From contig SKZO01000038.1 in assembly GCA_007127335.1 (NCBI GenBank), positions 1-56,344 of the forward strand: a stretch of DNA of 56,344 nucleotides. Direction: 5' to 3'. The position numbers were made by a program, and so were the translations under genes. Positions 47,945 through 56,344 of the stretch are shown here, one piece after another. How positions within the stretch are numbered: the first letter of the stretch is position 1; each line of letters starts with the position of its first letter. This DNA is from Spirochaetales bacterium. Its GTDB lineage: Bacteria; Spirochaetota; Spirochaetia; DSM-27196; SLST01. Below the pieces are notes generated by a model. The model had not been told where the DNA came from. It did not search any database and saw only the letters and a program-made list of their open reading frames with translations.

Positions 47945-49075
47945 GTGGAAACAGTTCCTTCCATCATCCGGACGTGGCGCGGCCGGCGGCATGACGAGCG
48001 CTCGCAGCCGAGTGCGCGTCACACGGTTCCGCTGGTGTTCTGCCTGTGTGTCATGATCCTTCTGCCGGACCACCTCGCGGCCGGAAGCGATGCGCAGGAC
48101 GCGGGCGTTGGAGAGGCGATCGACTGGCTCGCGGCGAATCCGTCCCATGACGAGTTTCGCGACCGACTCTCGCGGGTACTCGAACGTGCCGCTGATGTTG
48201 CCTCGTTGGAACGCGTCGCGCGCGAGGTTGTTCCGCTGATCGACGATCGTGGGCTTCTCGCCGACACCGCGGCGCGGCTTGGACGATTCGCAATGACGAT
48301 CCGTGCCTACGATCTGGCCGACGAGCTGTTCGAGTCCGCCTACATCGCCTCCGGCGGTACCGACCTCACGAGCCTCTATGCACAGGCGCAGGCACTGCTC
48401 CAGATCGGTCGCATCGCTGCATCAGAGCAACGCGCGCGAACCGTCGTCGCCGAGGCCCGCGACTATGAGATCAAACGCCGCGCGTACGCCTTGGTGGCTC
48501 GTACGATGCATCTGCGCGGGAGGCACGAGGACGCGGCCCGTCTGCTCGAAACGTTGGCCGCGCTCGACGATCCTGACTACGTAGAGCCGGACACGCTCCT
48601 TCTGCAGAGCGCAGTGCTCGTATCGCTCAACCAGTCAGGACTCGAACCGTTGCAGCAGCTCAAACGGCTGCACCCGCAGAGCCTCGCCATGCACATCGTC
48701 ACCGGTCGTCTCGTGGAAGAGGCCTCCCTTCCGGCGACCCTGCTCACCGGCCCGCGACACGCCTCGACCCTCGAGTCGGACCACGCTGAGGCCGCTGCCG
48801 GCCAGGCCCGAACGGATGGCATCGGCGACGACAGGTCGCAGGCTCCACGCGTGAGCGCGATCCAGGTCGGATCGTTCTCCGACCACGACAACGCGGATCA
48901 CCTCGCGTCCGATCTGCGGGAGGCAGGGTTCGACGCGTACATTGAGACCGTGCACCGTGACGGGAGGTCGCTCGAGCTCGTGCTCGTTCCGGTGCCCGGA
49001 GGCAGCGCAGAGGATGTGGCGCTCGTGTTCTCTGCGCTCGAAGGGGCCGGCTACCGTGGATTCCCCATCTACTGA
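47945..49075 (+). CDS. TPR-like plus C-terminal SPOR domain protein (true start probably further downstream)
   Basis: Hydrophobic segment VPLVFCLCVMILL; helical repeats; SPOR-like IQVGSFSDHDNA..LASDLREAGF. Confidence 0.75.
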   Translation: METVPSIIRTWRGRRHDERSQPSARHTVPLVFCLCVMILLPDHLAAGSDAQDAGVGEAIDWLAANPSHDEFRDRLSRVLERAADVASLERVAREVVPLIDDRGLLADTAARLGRFAMTIRAYDLADELFESAYIASGGTDLTSLYAQAQALLQIGRIAASEQRARTVVAEARDYEIKRRAYALVARTMHLRGRHEDAARLLETLAALDDPDYVEPDTLLLQSAVLVSLNQSGLEPLQQLKRLHPQSLAMHIVTGRLVEEASLPATLLTGPRHASTLESDHAEAAAGQARTDGIGDDRSQAPRVSAIQVGSFSDHDNADHLASDLREAGFDAYIETVHRDGRSLELVLVPVPGGSAEDVALVFSALEGAGYRGFPIY

Positions 49076-50571
49076 TCGTCTTCGAGTGTCGTGATCTGCT
49101 CGAGCACGAGCTCCGCCTGACCCGTTTCGAAGAAGCCCGCGATCCCGAGCTCGCCCGGCTCGAGGCGCAACCGGCGGATCAGGCGATCGTCAGACCGGCT
49201 TTCGCTGAAGGTCATCCGGTACGTCTGCTGGTCTACCGGCAGGCGGTTCTCGTCGATGTGCTTCAGCGACAACACAAGGTCATCACCCATCGTGAACAAT
49301 GCGTAGCCACCCACCGAACGCTGATTGCGGTGGCGATAAGTAAACTCAGGGTTACTGAAGACGATCTCGGCCCCATTGTCGGCACGGTAGAGCCCGCTGA
49401 GCTCAATGCTCGAGAGTCGCACGCGCGCCTCGGAGCGAAGGACGGCCGTCTGCAGCGCACCGGTCAGACGCTCGTATGTGCCGTCGAGACCGTCGGTTCC
49501 CTGGATCGAGATCGTGATGCGGTTGAGGTCTCCGACCGTGACGCTTACGAGTCGTCTGACGGTGCGAATCGCCTGATTCGTGACGAACAGTGATGCTCCG
49601 CGGCCGTAGACGGTCTTGGTGGAGCTGGTCCACCGGTACGCCTGCTGCAGATGCCCGCTGTGGAAGACGATCGACCGGTCGCGAGGATCAAAGAACGCCA
49701 GTCGCGTGAGATCCGCATCGGAGGAACGGAACCACGGGCCCGCGAGAAACTGCTCGAAATCCGATTCAGTCCCGGCGAAGAGGTCGCGCAGCCGGCCGTC
49801 TGCGATCTCCTCTCCGGAGAGAGACTCGACCCTGCCCACCACGTAGCGGCGCGCCGTGAAGTCCCAGTAGTAGGTTGTCTTGGTCGTGTCAAAGGGATTC
49901 TCCGACTCGCGGTCGCGCCGTTCGGCGACGATCGGATAGCTCGGAGCGTTGATCGACTCCATCGCCTCGAAGGTCTCCGCTCGCGGCACCTTCTCCACCT
50001 CGATCGTTACGTCGGCGGTGATCGAGAGAATCGGCGCATAGGAGAGCCCGAGCCCGAGCATGTCACTCGTGCGACGAAAGACGTCAAGGGTCTGCTCTCC
50101 ATCGTTGTTGATTCCAAACGCAACGATCTCCTGTTCGTGATCACCGACGAGATCGTCGACATAGACTGAGAAGCTGCGCACGCTCGTGGCCGCGGTCACC
50201 CCTTCCCATGCCCGGATCCAGCTGCTGCGGATCGGGTCATACGCGACGACAAGCAGCCGGATGAGATCGTCCGGGTCGTCCCGCCGCTTGAAGACGATGA
50301 TCTGCTCCTCTGTCTCGTCCATGTCCAGCGAGACGTTCACCGCCTGAGAGGGAATGTACTCTGCCGGCAGCCGGACCTTCAGTTCGGGTCCGACGCTCTC
50401 CGAGCGATCAGCCGGGTCGGCATCTGTCTCGGAGGCAAGCACGATCCCGCCGCCGCCTCGCGGTGTGACCACTCGGCCGACCTCGTTCAGCTGAGCCGGT
50501 TCCGGATTGGTGTCGCACGAAACCGAGAACCAGAGAACCAATGACAGAGTCAGAAGGACGCGCGCTCGCAT
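49069..50571 (-). CDS. Spirochete lipoprotein, possibly of the pallilysin-related adhesin family
   Basis: MRARVLLTLSLVLWFSVS-C lipobox; LDMDETEEQI, DLVGDHEQEI, FEQFLAGPW. The family call is from memory only. Confidence 0.6.
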   Translation of the reverse strand: MRARVLLTLSLVLWFSVSCDTNPEPAQLNEVGRVVTPRGGGGIVLASETDADPADRSESVGPELKVRLPAEYIPSQAVNVSLDMDETEEQIIVFKRRDDPDDLIRLLVVAYDPIRSSWIRAWEGVTAATSVRSFSVYVDDLVGDHEQEIVAFGINNDGEQTLDVFRRTSDMLGLGLSYAPILSITADVTIEVEKVPRAETFEAMESINAPSYPIVAERRDRESENPFDTTKTTYYWDFTARRYVVGRVESLSGEEIADGRLRDLFAGTESDFEQFLAGPWFRSSDADLTRLAFFDPRDRSIVFHSGHLQQAYRWTSSTKTVYGRGASLFVTNQAIRTVRRLVSVTVGDLNRITISIQGTDGLDGTYERLTGALQTAVLRSEARVRLSSIELSGLYRADNGAEIVFSNPEFTYRHRNQRSVGGYALFTMGDDLVLSLKHIDENRLPVDQQTYRMTFSESRSDDRLIRRLRLEPGELGIAGFFETGQAELVLEQITTLEDDQ

Positions 50572-50612
50572 GTCGGTAGTATCACAAATCGCTGCAGTAA
50601 TGAACAGTCGCT

Positions 50613-50641
50613 TTGACAAGCGATGCGGCTTCTGTCACAAT
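50613..50641 (+). promoter_or_regulatory. sigma70-type (probably leaderless) promoter of purB-guaB-purA-guaA
   Basis: TTGACA-17-(TG)CACAAT-5 nt-ATG 50647; no RBS. Confidence 0.6.
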
Positions 50642-50646
50642 GCCGC

Positions 50647-52077
50647 ATGGAGACTCGTTCCGTATTCCGCAACCTCTCGCCGCTCGATCACCGGTATTAC
50701 GACGCGAACGCGGAGGCATTCACTGAGCTGGCCGACTACCTGTCCGAAGACGCCGCCGTCCGCTACTGCACCCGCGTCGAGGCCGCCCTGCTGCGGCGAC
50801 ATCTCGAGGAAAGAGGGCTGCTGACCACGTCGATCGCTGCGACGGTGGACGGGCTCGAGTCCGCTGTGAGCTCCGACGACGTGTACGAGGAAGAACGCAT
50901 CACGCGCCACAATGTCCGTGCCCTCGTGCGGGTCATCAAACGACACCTTCCGCCGCAGGCGGCGTCGCTGGTGCACGTGGGTGCCACGTCGGTGGACATC
51001 CTCGATACGGCAAACGCGCTTCGCTACCGGGACGCGGTGCGCTGCGTGATCCTTCCTCGCCTGCTCCGCCTCGAGCGCCTGCTGATCAATCTCGCCTCGC
51101 AGCACGCGGCGACTCTGCAGGTCGGCCGCACGCACGGACAGCACGGCGTGCCGATTACGTTCGGGTTCGCGATCGCGGAGTATGTGTCACGGCTCGGCAA
51201 GAGCATTGAGGAGATCTCGCGGCGCTCGCTCGAAACGCGCGGCAAGCTCGCCGGAGCCGTCGGTGCCTACAACAGCCTTTCGTTGCTCGTTCGTGATCCT
51301 CTCGCCTTTGAGGCCTCAACGCTCGAGACGCTCGGACTCATGCCGAGCGATCATTCGACCCAGATGGTCGAGCCCGAGTACCTGCTGCGGCTGCTGCTCG
51401 AGCTCAACGTGGCCTTCGGAATCATCGCGAACCTCGCCGACGACCTGCGGAACCTGCAGCGGACGGAGATCGACGAGATCCGGGAGTTGTTCACGAGCGA
51501 TCAGGTCGGGTCGTCGACGATGCCGCAGAAGCGCAATCCCTGGAACTCCGAGCATGTGAAGAGCCTCTGGAAGGCGTTCGCCCCCCGCGTGACAACGTTC
51601 TTTCTCGACCAGATCTCCGAGCACCAGCGGGACCTGACCAACTCGGCCTCCGGCCGATTCGTCGTCGACTACTTCGCCGGAATGCTCGCCGCGCTCGAGC
51701 GGATGAACACCGTAGTGGAGACGCTTCACGTGGACGGACAGCGGATGCGCGAGAACCTGCATCTGACCGGTGACCTCGTACTCGCGGAGGCCGCGTATAC
51801 ACTGCTCGCGACGGCAGGTCGCGCGGATGCACACGAGGACCTGCGAACCGCGACGATCGAGGCGCAGGAGTCGGCGAGTTCTCTCGCAACCGTTCTTCGG
51901 CGACGTGCTGAGCTGTGGAACGAGCTCGACGCGGCGCTTCGTCGCGTCGGCGCAGACCCGCAGCGCTTCTTTGAGGATCCCGGATCGTATACCGGCTGTG
52001 CTTCCGAGCGTGCCCGCTCACTTGCCGCAGAATATGCCGATCGCATGAACAAGGTGGAGGAGGACCTGAAACGATGA
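50647..52077 (+). CDS. purB: Adenylosuccinate lyase
   Basis: LSPLDHRY, TRHNV, HVGATSVDI, GRTHGQHG.PITFG, GSSTMPQKRNP, EHQRDLTNS. Confidence 0.93.
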   Translation: METRSVFRNLSPLDHRYYDANAEAFTELADYLSEDAAVRYCTRVEAALLRRHLEERGLLTTSIAATVDGLESAVSSDDVYEEERITRHNVRALVRVIKRHLPPQAASLVHVGATSVDILDTANALRYRDAVRCVILPRLLRLERLLINLASQHAATLQVGRTHGQHGVPITFGFAIAEYVSRLGKSIEEISRRSLETRGKLAGAVGAYNSLSLLVRDPLAFEASTLETLGLMPSDHSTQMVEPEYLLRLLLELNVAFGIIANLADDLRNLQRTEIDEIRELFTSDQVGSSTMPQKRNPWNSEHVKSLWKAFAPRVTTFFLDQISEHQRDLTNSASGRFVVDYFAGMLAALERMNTVVETLHVDGQRMRENLHLTGDLVLAEAAYTLLATAGRADAHEDLRTATIEAQESASSLATVLRRRAELWNELDAALRRVGADPQRFFEDPGSYTGCASERARSLAAEYADRMNKVEEDLKR

Positions 52078-53507
52078 AGATCGAGGAAACACTGAGTTAC
52101 GACGATGTGCTGCTCCTGCCGGCCTACGCGGACATCATGCCCGGAGAGACCGATGTGCGGACCAGGCTCGTCGGGAATATCAGGCTGAACCTGCCGATCG
52201 TCTCGGCGGCAATGGATACCGTGACCGAAGCACGGCTCGCGATCTCGCTCGCGCTCGAAGGCGGGGTAGGGGTTATCCACAGGAACATGCGTGCCGTGGA
52301 TCAGGCCGATGAAGTCGCCGCGGTCAAACGCTTTCTCAATCTCGTGATCGAGAACCCGGTGACCGTCAGGCCGAGTCAGACGATCGAAGAGGTCGCGGCG
52401 ATCATGCAGCGTGACCGGATCAGCGGACTGCCGGTCGTCGAGGGGGACCGGCTCGTAGGCATCATCACGAGCAGGGATATGCGATTCTGTGCCGATTACT
52501 CGCTCAAGGTCAGCGATGTCATGACCCCTGATCCCGTCGTGACCGTGGGGACTCCCGACTACGCGAGCGCGCAGGAGAAGTTCAATGCTCACAAGATCGA
52601 AAAACTTCCGGTCGTTGATGCAGACGGACACCTGATCGGTCTGATCACCGTCAAGGACATAGAGAAACACAACTCCTACCCTTCCGCTGCGCTCGACGAC
52701 CATGGGCGACTCCTCGTTGGGGCGGCCGTCGGTACGACGGATCTCGACGAGCGGATGACCGCGCTCGTCAACGCCAGAGTCGATTTCGTTGTCATCGACA
52801 CGGCACACGGCGACTCCAAGGGCGTCGTCGATGCGATCAGACACATCAAGCGCACGTACCCGGTTCCGGTCGTCGGCGGCAACGTCGCCACGCGCGAGGG
52901 AACGAAGCGGCTGATCGACGCGGGCGCCGACGCGATCAAGGTAGGGGTTGGACCCGGGTCGATCTGCACGACTCGGGTTGTCGCGGGAATCGGGGTTCCC
53001 CAGTTCTCGGCCGTTGCCTGGGCTGCCGAAGAGGCGGCGGCCGCCGACGTCCCGGTCATCGCCGATGGCGGGATCAAGTTCTCCGGTGACATCACCAAGG
53101 CGATCGCGGCCGGCGCGAGTACGGTCATGATCGGTAATCTGTTCGCGGGGCTGAAGGAATCGCCGGGACGGGAGATCATCTACGAGGGGCGGATCTTCAA
53201 ATCGTACCGGGGCATGGGGTCACTCGGGGCGATCAAGGCCGGCAGCGGTGACCGTTACCGGATCTCGGACAACGAAGAGCCGGTTCCGGAGGGCGTCGAA
53301 GGACGCGTACCGTACAAGGGCGAGCTTCGGCCCTTCGTCCATCAGCTCGTCACCGGTCTGCGCAAGGGAATGGGGTACTGCGGATGCCGCACGGTTGCCG
53401 ATTTGCGGGCCTACCGGAATTTCGTTAAGATATCGCCGGCCGGCCTGAAGGAGAGCCATGTCCACGACGTGTCGATCACGCAGGAGCCGCCCAACTATTC
53501 GCGGTAG
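52074..53507 (+). CDS. guaB: IMP dehydrogenase
   Basis: [12 protein letters not shown] pair, [34 protein letters not shown]. Confidence 0.97.
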   Translation: MKIEETLSYDDVLLLPAYADIMPGETDVRTRLVGNIRLNLPIVSAAMDTVTEARLAISLALEGGVGVIHRNMRAVDQADEVAAVKRFLNLVIENPVTVRPSQTIEEVAAIMQRDRISGLPVVEGDRLVGIITSRDMRFCADYSLKVSDVMTPDPVVTVGTPDYASAQEKFNAHKIEKLPVVDADGHLIGLITVKDIEKHNSYPSAALDDHGRLLVGAAVGTTDLDERMTALVNARVDFVVIDTAHGDSKGVVDAIRHIKRTYPVPVVGGNVATREGTKRLIDAGADAIKVGVGPGSICTTRVVAGIGVPQFSAVAWAAEEAAAADVPVIADGGIKFSGDITKAIAAGASTVMIGNLFAGLKESPGREIIYEGRIFKSYRGMGSLGAIKAGSGDRYRISDNEEPVPEGVEGRVPYKGELRPFVHQLVTGLRKGMGYCGCRTVADLRAYRNFVKISPAGLKESHVHDVSITQEPPNYSR

Positions 53508-53515
53508 GAAGTGTC

Positions 53516-54748
53516 ATGAAGATAGTCGTAATCGGCGCCCAGTGGGGTGACGAAGGGAAGGGCAAGATCGTCGATTACCTCTCCGAAGAGGCTCGGGTCG
53601 TCGTGCGCTACTCCGGCGGGGCGAATGCCGGGCATACGATCGTCCAGGGCGGAGAGACGTACAAGCTGCATCTTGTCCCGTCGGGTATCCTGTCGGAGAG
53701 GACGGTTGTCGTGCTCGGCACGGGCATGGTCATCGATCCGGGCGCGTTGTTCGAAGAGCTCGACACGCTCACGAGCCAGGGCGTAGACTGGGAGGGGCGC
53801 GTGCTCGTCTCGGACCGGGCGCATCTCGTGCTCCCGGGCTACCGGGAGATGGACCGGGTGAAGGACGCCGAACGCGTCCAGCCGCTTGGAACAACCGGCC
53901 GCGGAATAGGCGTTGCATACGCGATGAAGGCGTCCCGCGACGGGATACGCGTAGCGGATGCCGAGGAACCCGCCGTACGCGAGCGGCTCGACGCACAGTC
54001 GCGCGCCTATCTCGAACAGCACATGGAGCGTCTGCGGCCGATGGTGGTTGATCTCGTCGACTTCATGGCGCACACCTCCCCTGATGATCGGGTGCTCTAC
54101 GAAGGCGCGCAGGGTGCGCTGCTCGATCTCGATCAGGGCACCTATCCGTACGTCTCCTCGGGATACTCTGCGGCCGCCGGCGCGAGTCTGGGGGGTGGAA
54201 TCGGGCCCCGTCAGATCGACCGCATCATCGGTGTCTTCAAGGCCTATTCCACGAGGGTCGGCAACGGGCCGTTTCCAAGCGAGTTCCGGTCAGCCGACGA
54301 TTCGGGTCTGGAAGACCTCGTGCGTGAGGTCGGACGCGAGTACGGGGTGACCACCGGTCGCCCGCGGCGGTGCGGGTACCTCGATCTCGTCGCGCTGAAG
54401 TACATTGTTCGGGCAAATGGGATCGACGGGCTTGCGCTCACGCACCTCGACGTGTACGACACCCTCGACGACATCAAGGTCTGCATCGCCTATGAGACCG
54501 ACGATGGTGTGGTCGACGTCTTTCCGTCCTCCGCCTATCTGCTCGAGAGGTGCCGACCGGTAACCAAGACGCTCCCCGGGTGGCGTGAAAGGATCGGGCG
54601 GGTCCGGCAGTACGACGAGCTGCCCCGGGCAGCACGCGAGTACGTGCGGTTCATCGAGGAGTACGTTGGCTGCCCGGTCGACCTCGTCGGCGTGGGGTAC
54701 GAGCGTGACCAGACGATCACCAGGGTGGACCCGTGGACGCGATCGTAG
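53516..54748 (+). CDS. purA: Adenylosuccinate synthetase
   Basis: GAQWGDEGKGK, GGANAGHT, GTTGRGIG, EGAQG, GVTTGRPRRCG. Confidence 0.97.
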   Translation: MKIVVIGAQWGDEGKGKIVDYLSEEARVVVRYSGGANAGHTIVQGGETYKLHLVPSGILSERTVVVLGTGMVIDPGALFEELDTLTSQGVDWEGRVLVSDRAHLVLPGYREMDRVKDAERVQPLGTTGRGIGVAYAMKASRDGIRVADAEEPAVRERLDAQSRAYLEQHMERLRPMVVDLVDFMAHTSPDDRVLYEGAQGALLDLDQGTYPYVSSGYSAAAGASLGGGIGPRQIDRIIGVFKAYSTRVGNGPFPSEFRSADDSGLEDLVREVGREYGVTTGRPRRCGYLDLVALKYIVRANGIDGLALTHLDVYDTLDDIKVCIAYETDDGVVDVFPSSAYLLERCRPVTKTLPGWRERIGRVRQYDELPRAAREYVRFIEEYVGCPVDLVGVGYERDQTITRVDPWTRS

Positions 54749-56289
54749 TACTCGACTTCGGGGGGCAGACGGCCCAGTTGATCGGTCGGCGGATACGTGA
54801 GCTCGGCGTGTACAGCGAGATCCTGCCGGGAACGACTCCGGCGGCGCTCCTCGCCGACCTTCCGGGGCTGACGGTCAGGGGAATCGTGCTCTCCGGATCC
54901 CCGGCGAGCGTGCACGACGCGGATGCACCCGTGCCGGATCCTGCGCTCTTTGATCTGCCGACGCCTGTACTCGGGATTTGCTACGGCCTGCAGCGTATGG
55001 TTTCCCAGCGCGGGGGCAGGGTCGAACGCTCGACGTCACGGGAGTACGGGCGGGCGAGGCTCCGGTATACCGGTGACCATCCGCTCTTCCGTGGTGTTCC
55101 GGAGGGTTTCACGAGCTGGATGAGCCATGGCGACCACGTCGTGGCGGTTCCGGAAGGCGTTCGCGTCGTCGCCGAGAGCGAGCACGGGATTCCTGCGGCA
55201 ATCGAGTTCTCTGCCACACAGATCGGCATCCAGTTTCATCCCGAGGTGACCCACTGCGAGCACGGGAACCGGATCCTCGAGAACTTCGTCGTGGGGATGG
55301 CCGGCTGTGCGACCGACTGGTCGCTCGAAGACTACGCCGATGCGGCAGCCGCAGAGATACGGAAAAGCGTCGGCACTTCGCCGGTCCTGCTCCTGATCTC
55401 CGGCGGGGTCGACTCGACCGTCGTCGCCGCGATCCTGCTGCGGGCGCTCGATCCGTCGCAGGTCTATCTCATGTACGTGAACACCGGGCTCATGCGCAAG
55501 GGCGAGACCGACGAGGTCGGCGCGTCGTTGAAACGCCTCGGGGCCCGACACCTTGATCTGATCGATGCGGAGGAGGAGTTCCTCTCCGCGCTCGAAGGCG
55601 TGGACGACCCTGAGAAGAAGCGCGAGATCATCGGCGACCTCTTCATCCGGGTGCAGAGCCGCGAGATCGCAGAACGCATTCCCGGTGATTACTCCCTCGC
55701 CCAGGGGACGATCTACCCGGACATCATCGAGTCCGGCGGGGGCGTGGGCACCTACGCGCACGTGATCAAGAGTCATCACAACGTGCGAAGCCCCCTCGTC
55801 GCGGCGAAGCGCGAGCAGGGCAAGCTCATCGAGCCGCTCTCGAGGCTCTACAAGGACGAGGTGAGGAGGCTCGGCATCATCCTCGGCGTCTCACGCGACG
55901 TGATCGCCCGGCATCCCTTCCCGGGTCCGGGACTCGCCGTGCGGATCCTCGGCGCGGTCACGCCTGAGAAGTGCCGGATCCTGCGTGAGGCCGACGCGCT
56001 CTACATCGCCGAGCTCCGCGACCGTGGTCTGTACGACAAGATATGGCAGGCGTTCTGCGTGCTCCTGCCGCTGCGCTCGGTGGGTGTCACCGGCGACACG
56101 CGCCACTACGGCTACGTCCTCGCCCTGCGTGCGGTGAACTCCACCGACGCGATGACCGCGGACGTCTTCCCCTTCGCTCCGGATGACCTGCTCGCGATCA
56201 GCGCGCGTATCACCAACCGCATTCCCGAGATCGGCCGAGTCGTCTACGACGTGTCGAGCAAGCCCCCCGCGACGATTGAGTGGGAATGA
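54733..56289 (+). CDS. guaA: GMP synthase (glutamine-hydrolysing)
   Basis: LDFGGQ, GICYG, QFHPEV, SGGVDS, IKSHHN, HPFPGPGL, KPPATIEWE. Confidence 0.98.
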   Translation: MDAIVVLDFGGQTAQLIGRRIRELGVYSEILPGTTPAALLADLPGLTVRGIVLSGSPASVHDADAPVPDPALFDLPTPVLGICYGLQRMVSQRGGRVERSTSREYGRARLRYTGDHPLFRGVPEGFTSWMSHGDHVVAVPEGVRVVAESEHGIPAAIEFSATQIGIQFHPEVTHCEHGNRILENFVVGMAGCATDWSLEDYADAAAAEIRKSVGTSPVLLLISGGVDSTVVAAILLRALDPSQVYLMYVNTGLMRKGETDEVGASLKRLGARHLDLIDAEEEFLSALEGVDDPEKKREIIGDLFIRVQSREIAERIPGDYSLAQGTIYPDIIESGGGVGTYAHVIKSHHNVRSPLVAAKREQGKLIEPLSRLYKDEVRRLGIILGVSRDVIARHPFPGPGLAVRILGAVTPEKCRILREADALYIAELRDRGLYDKIWQAFCVLLPLRSVGVTGDTRHYGYVLALRAVNSTDAMTADVFPFAPDDLLAISARITNRIPEIGRVVYDVSSKPPATIEWE

Positions 56290-56339
56290 AGCAAGGGGTC
56301 CCGTGCCCCCCCTTGCTTCCGCAGAACCTGCGGTTCTGC
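56288..56339. repeat. Two adjacent perfect inverted repeats after guaA (terminator-like or REP-like)
   Basis: GAAGCAAGGGG-10 nt-CCCCTTGCTTC (56288-56319) and GCAGAACC-tgc-GGTTCTGC (56321-56339); no U-tract visible. Confidence 0.6.
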
Positions 56340-56344
56340 AATGA

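Noticed and set aside
652-53107. At least 11 copies of GCGATCGC (cyanobacterial HIP1) and very frequent TCGA/CTCGAG
   Set aside because: Most copies I checked are in-frame Ala-Ile-Ala codons, and TCGA follows from NTC-GAN codon pairs. A codon-aware Markov test would be needed to claim enrichment.
102-55779. Many long antisense or alternate-frame ORFs (e.g. 102..1070, 1585..3378, 5615..7081, 24531..26030, 34390..35667, 37858..39405)
   Set aside because: They shadow well-supported genes and lack motifs. Stop-poor opposite frames are expected with high GC3 codon bias.
1-56344. CRISPR arrays, tRNA/rRNA, integrases, transposases, toxin-antitoxin or anti-phage systems
   Set aside because: No spaced direct repeats or such protein motifs were seen, and intergenic gaps are nearly all too short. 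A small ncRNA cannot be excluded without a covariance-model search.

Overview
This is a high-GC (roughly 65% by eye), gene-dense bacterial chromosome segment. It is almost certainly from a free-living Spirochaetota (Spirochaetia-like) organism, judged from spirochete-type gene order (uvrA-LptD-like; SurA-like-nusB-TPR-map-htrA-PRT; ybeY-CBS/CorC-TPR-pgk-tpiA-secG; V-ATPase E-X-A-B-D-I-K). Content in order: ilvB-ilvN-leuC (leuC truncated at the left edge and absent from the ORF track), crtB plus GGPP synthase, pdxS-pdxT divergent from yggS-hypothetical-rluD, a pentapeptide-repeat/degenerate MBL-fold pair divergent from a Cys-rich protein-murI-mutS2, a probably Na+-coupled V-type ATPase operon, uvrA-lptD, the phoH cluster, glycolysis genes, an envelope/chaperone cluster, an OMP plus Asp-box lipoprotein pair, a split purH, and purB-guaB-purA-guaA. 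I found no rRNA, tRNA, CRISPR array, transposase, integrase, prophage or defence island. It is mostly core genome and I cannot demonstrate a clearly novel system. The best leads are the coupled pentapeptide-repeat plus metal-ligand-less MBL-fold pair, recurrent leaderless sigma70 promoters, the split PurH, the OMP/beta-propeller pair, the orphan carotenoid pair and the B6 divergon. Family assignments come from motif recognition only; no searches were run.
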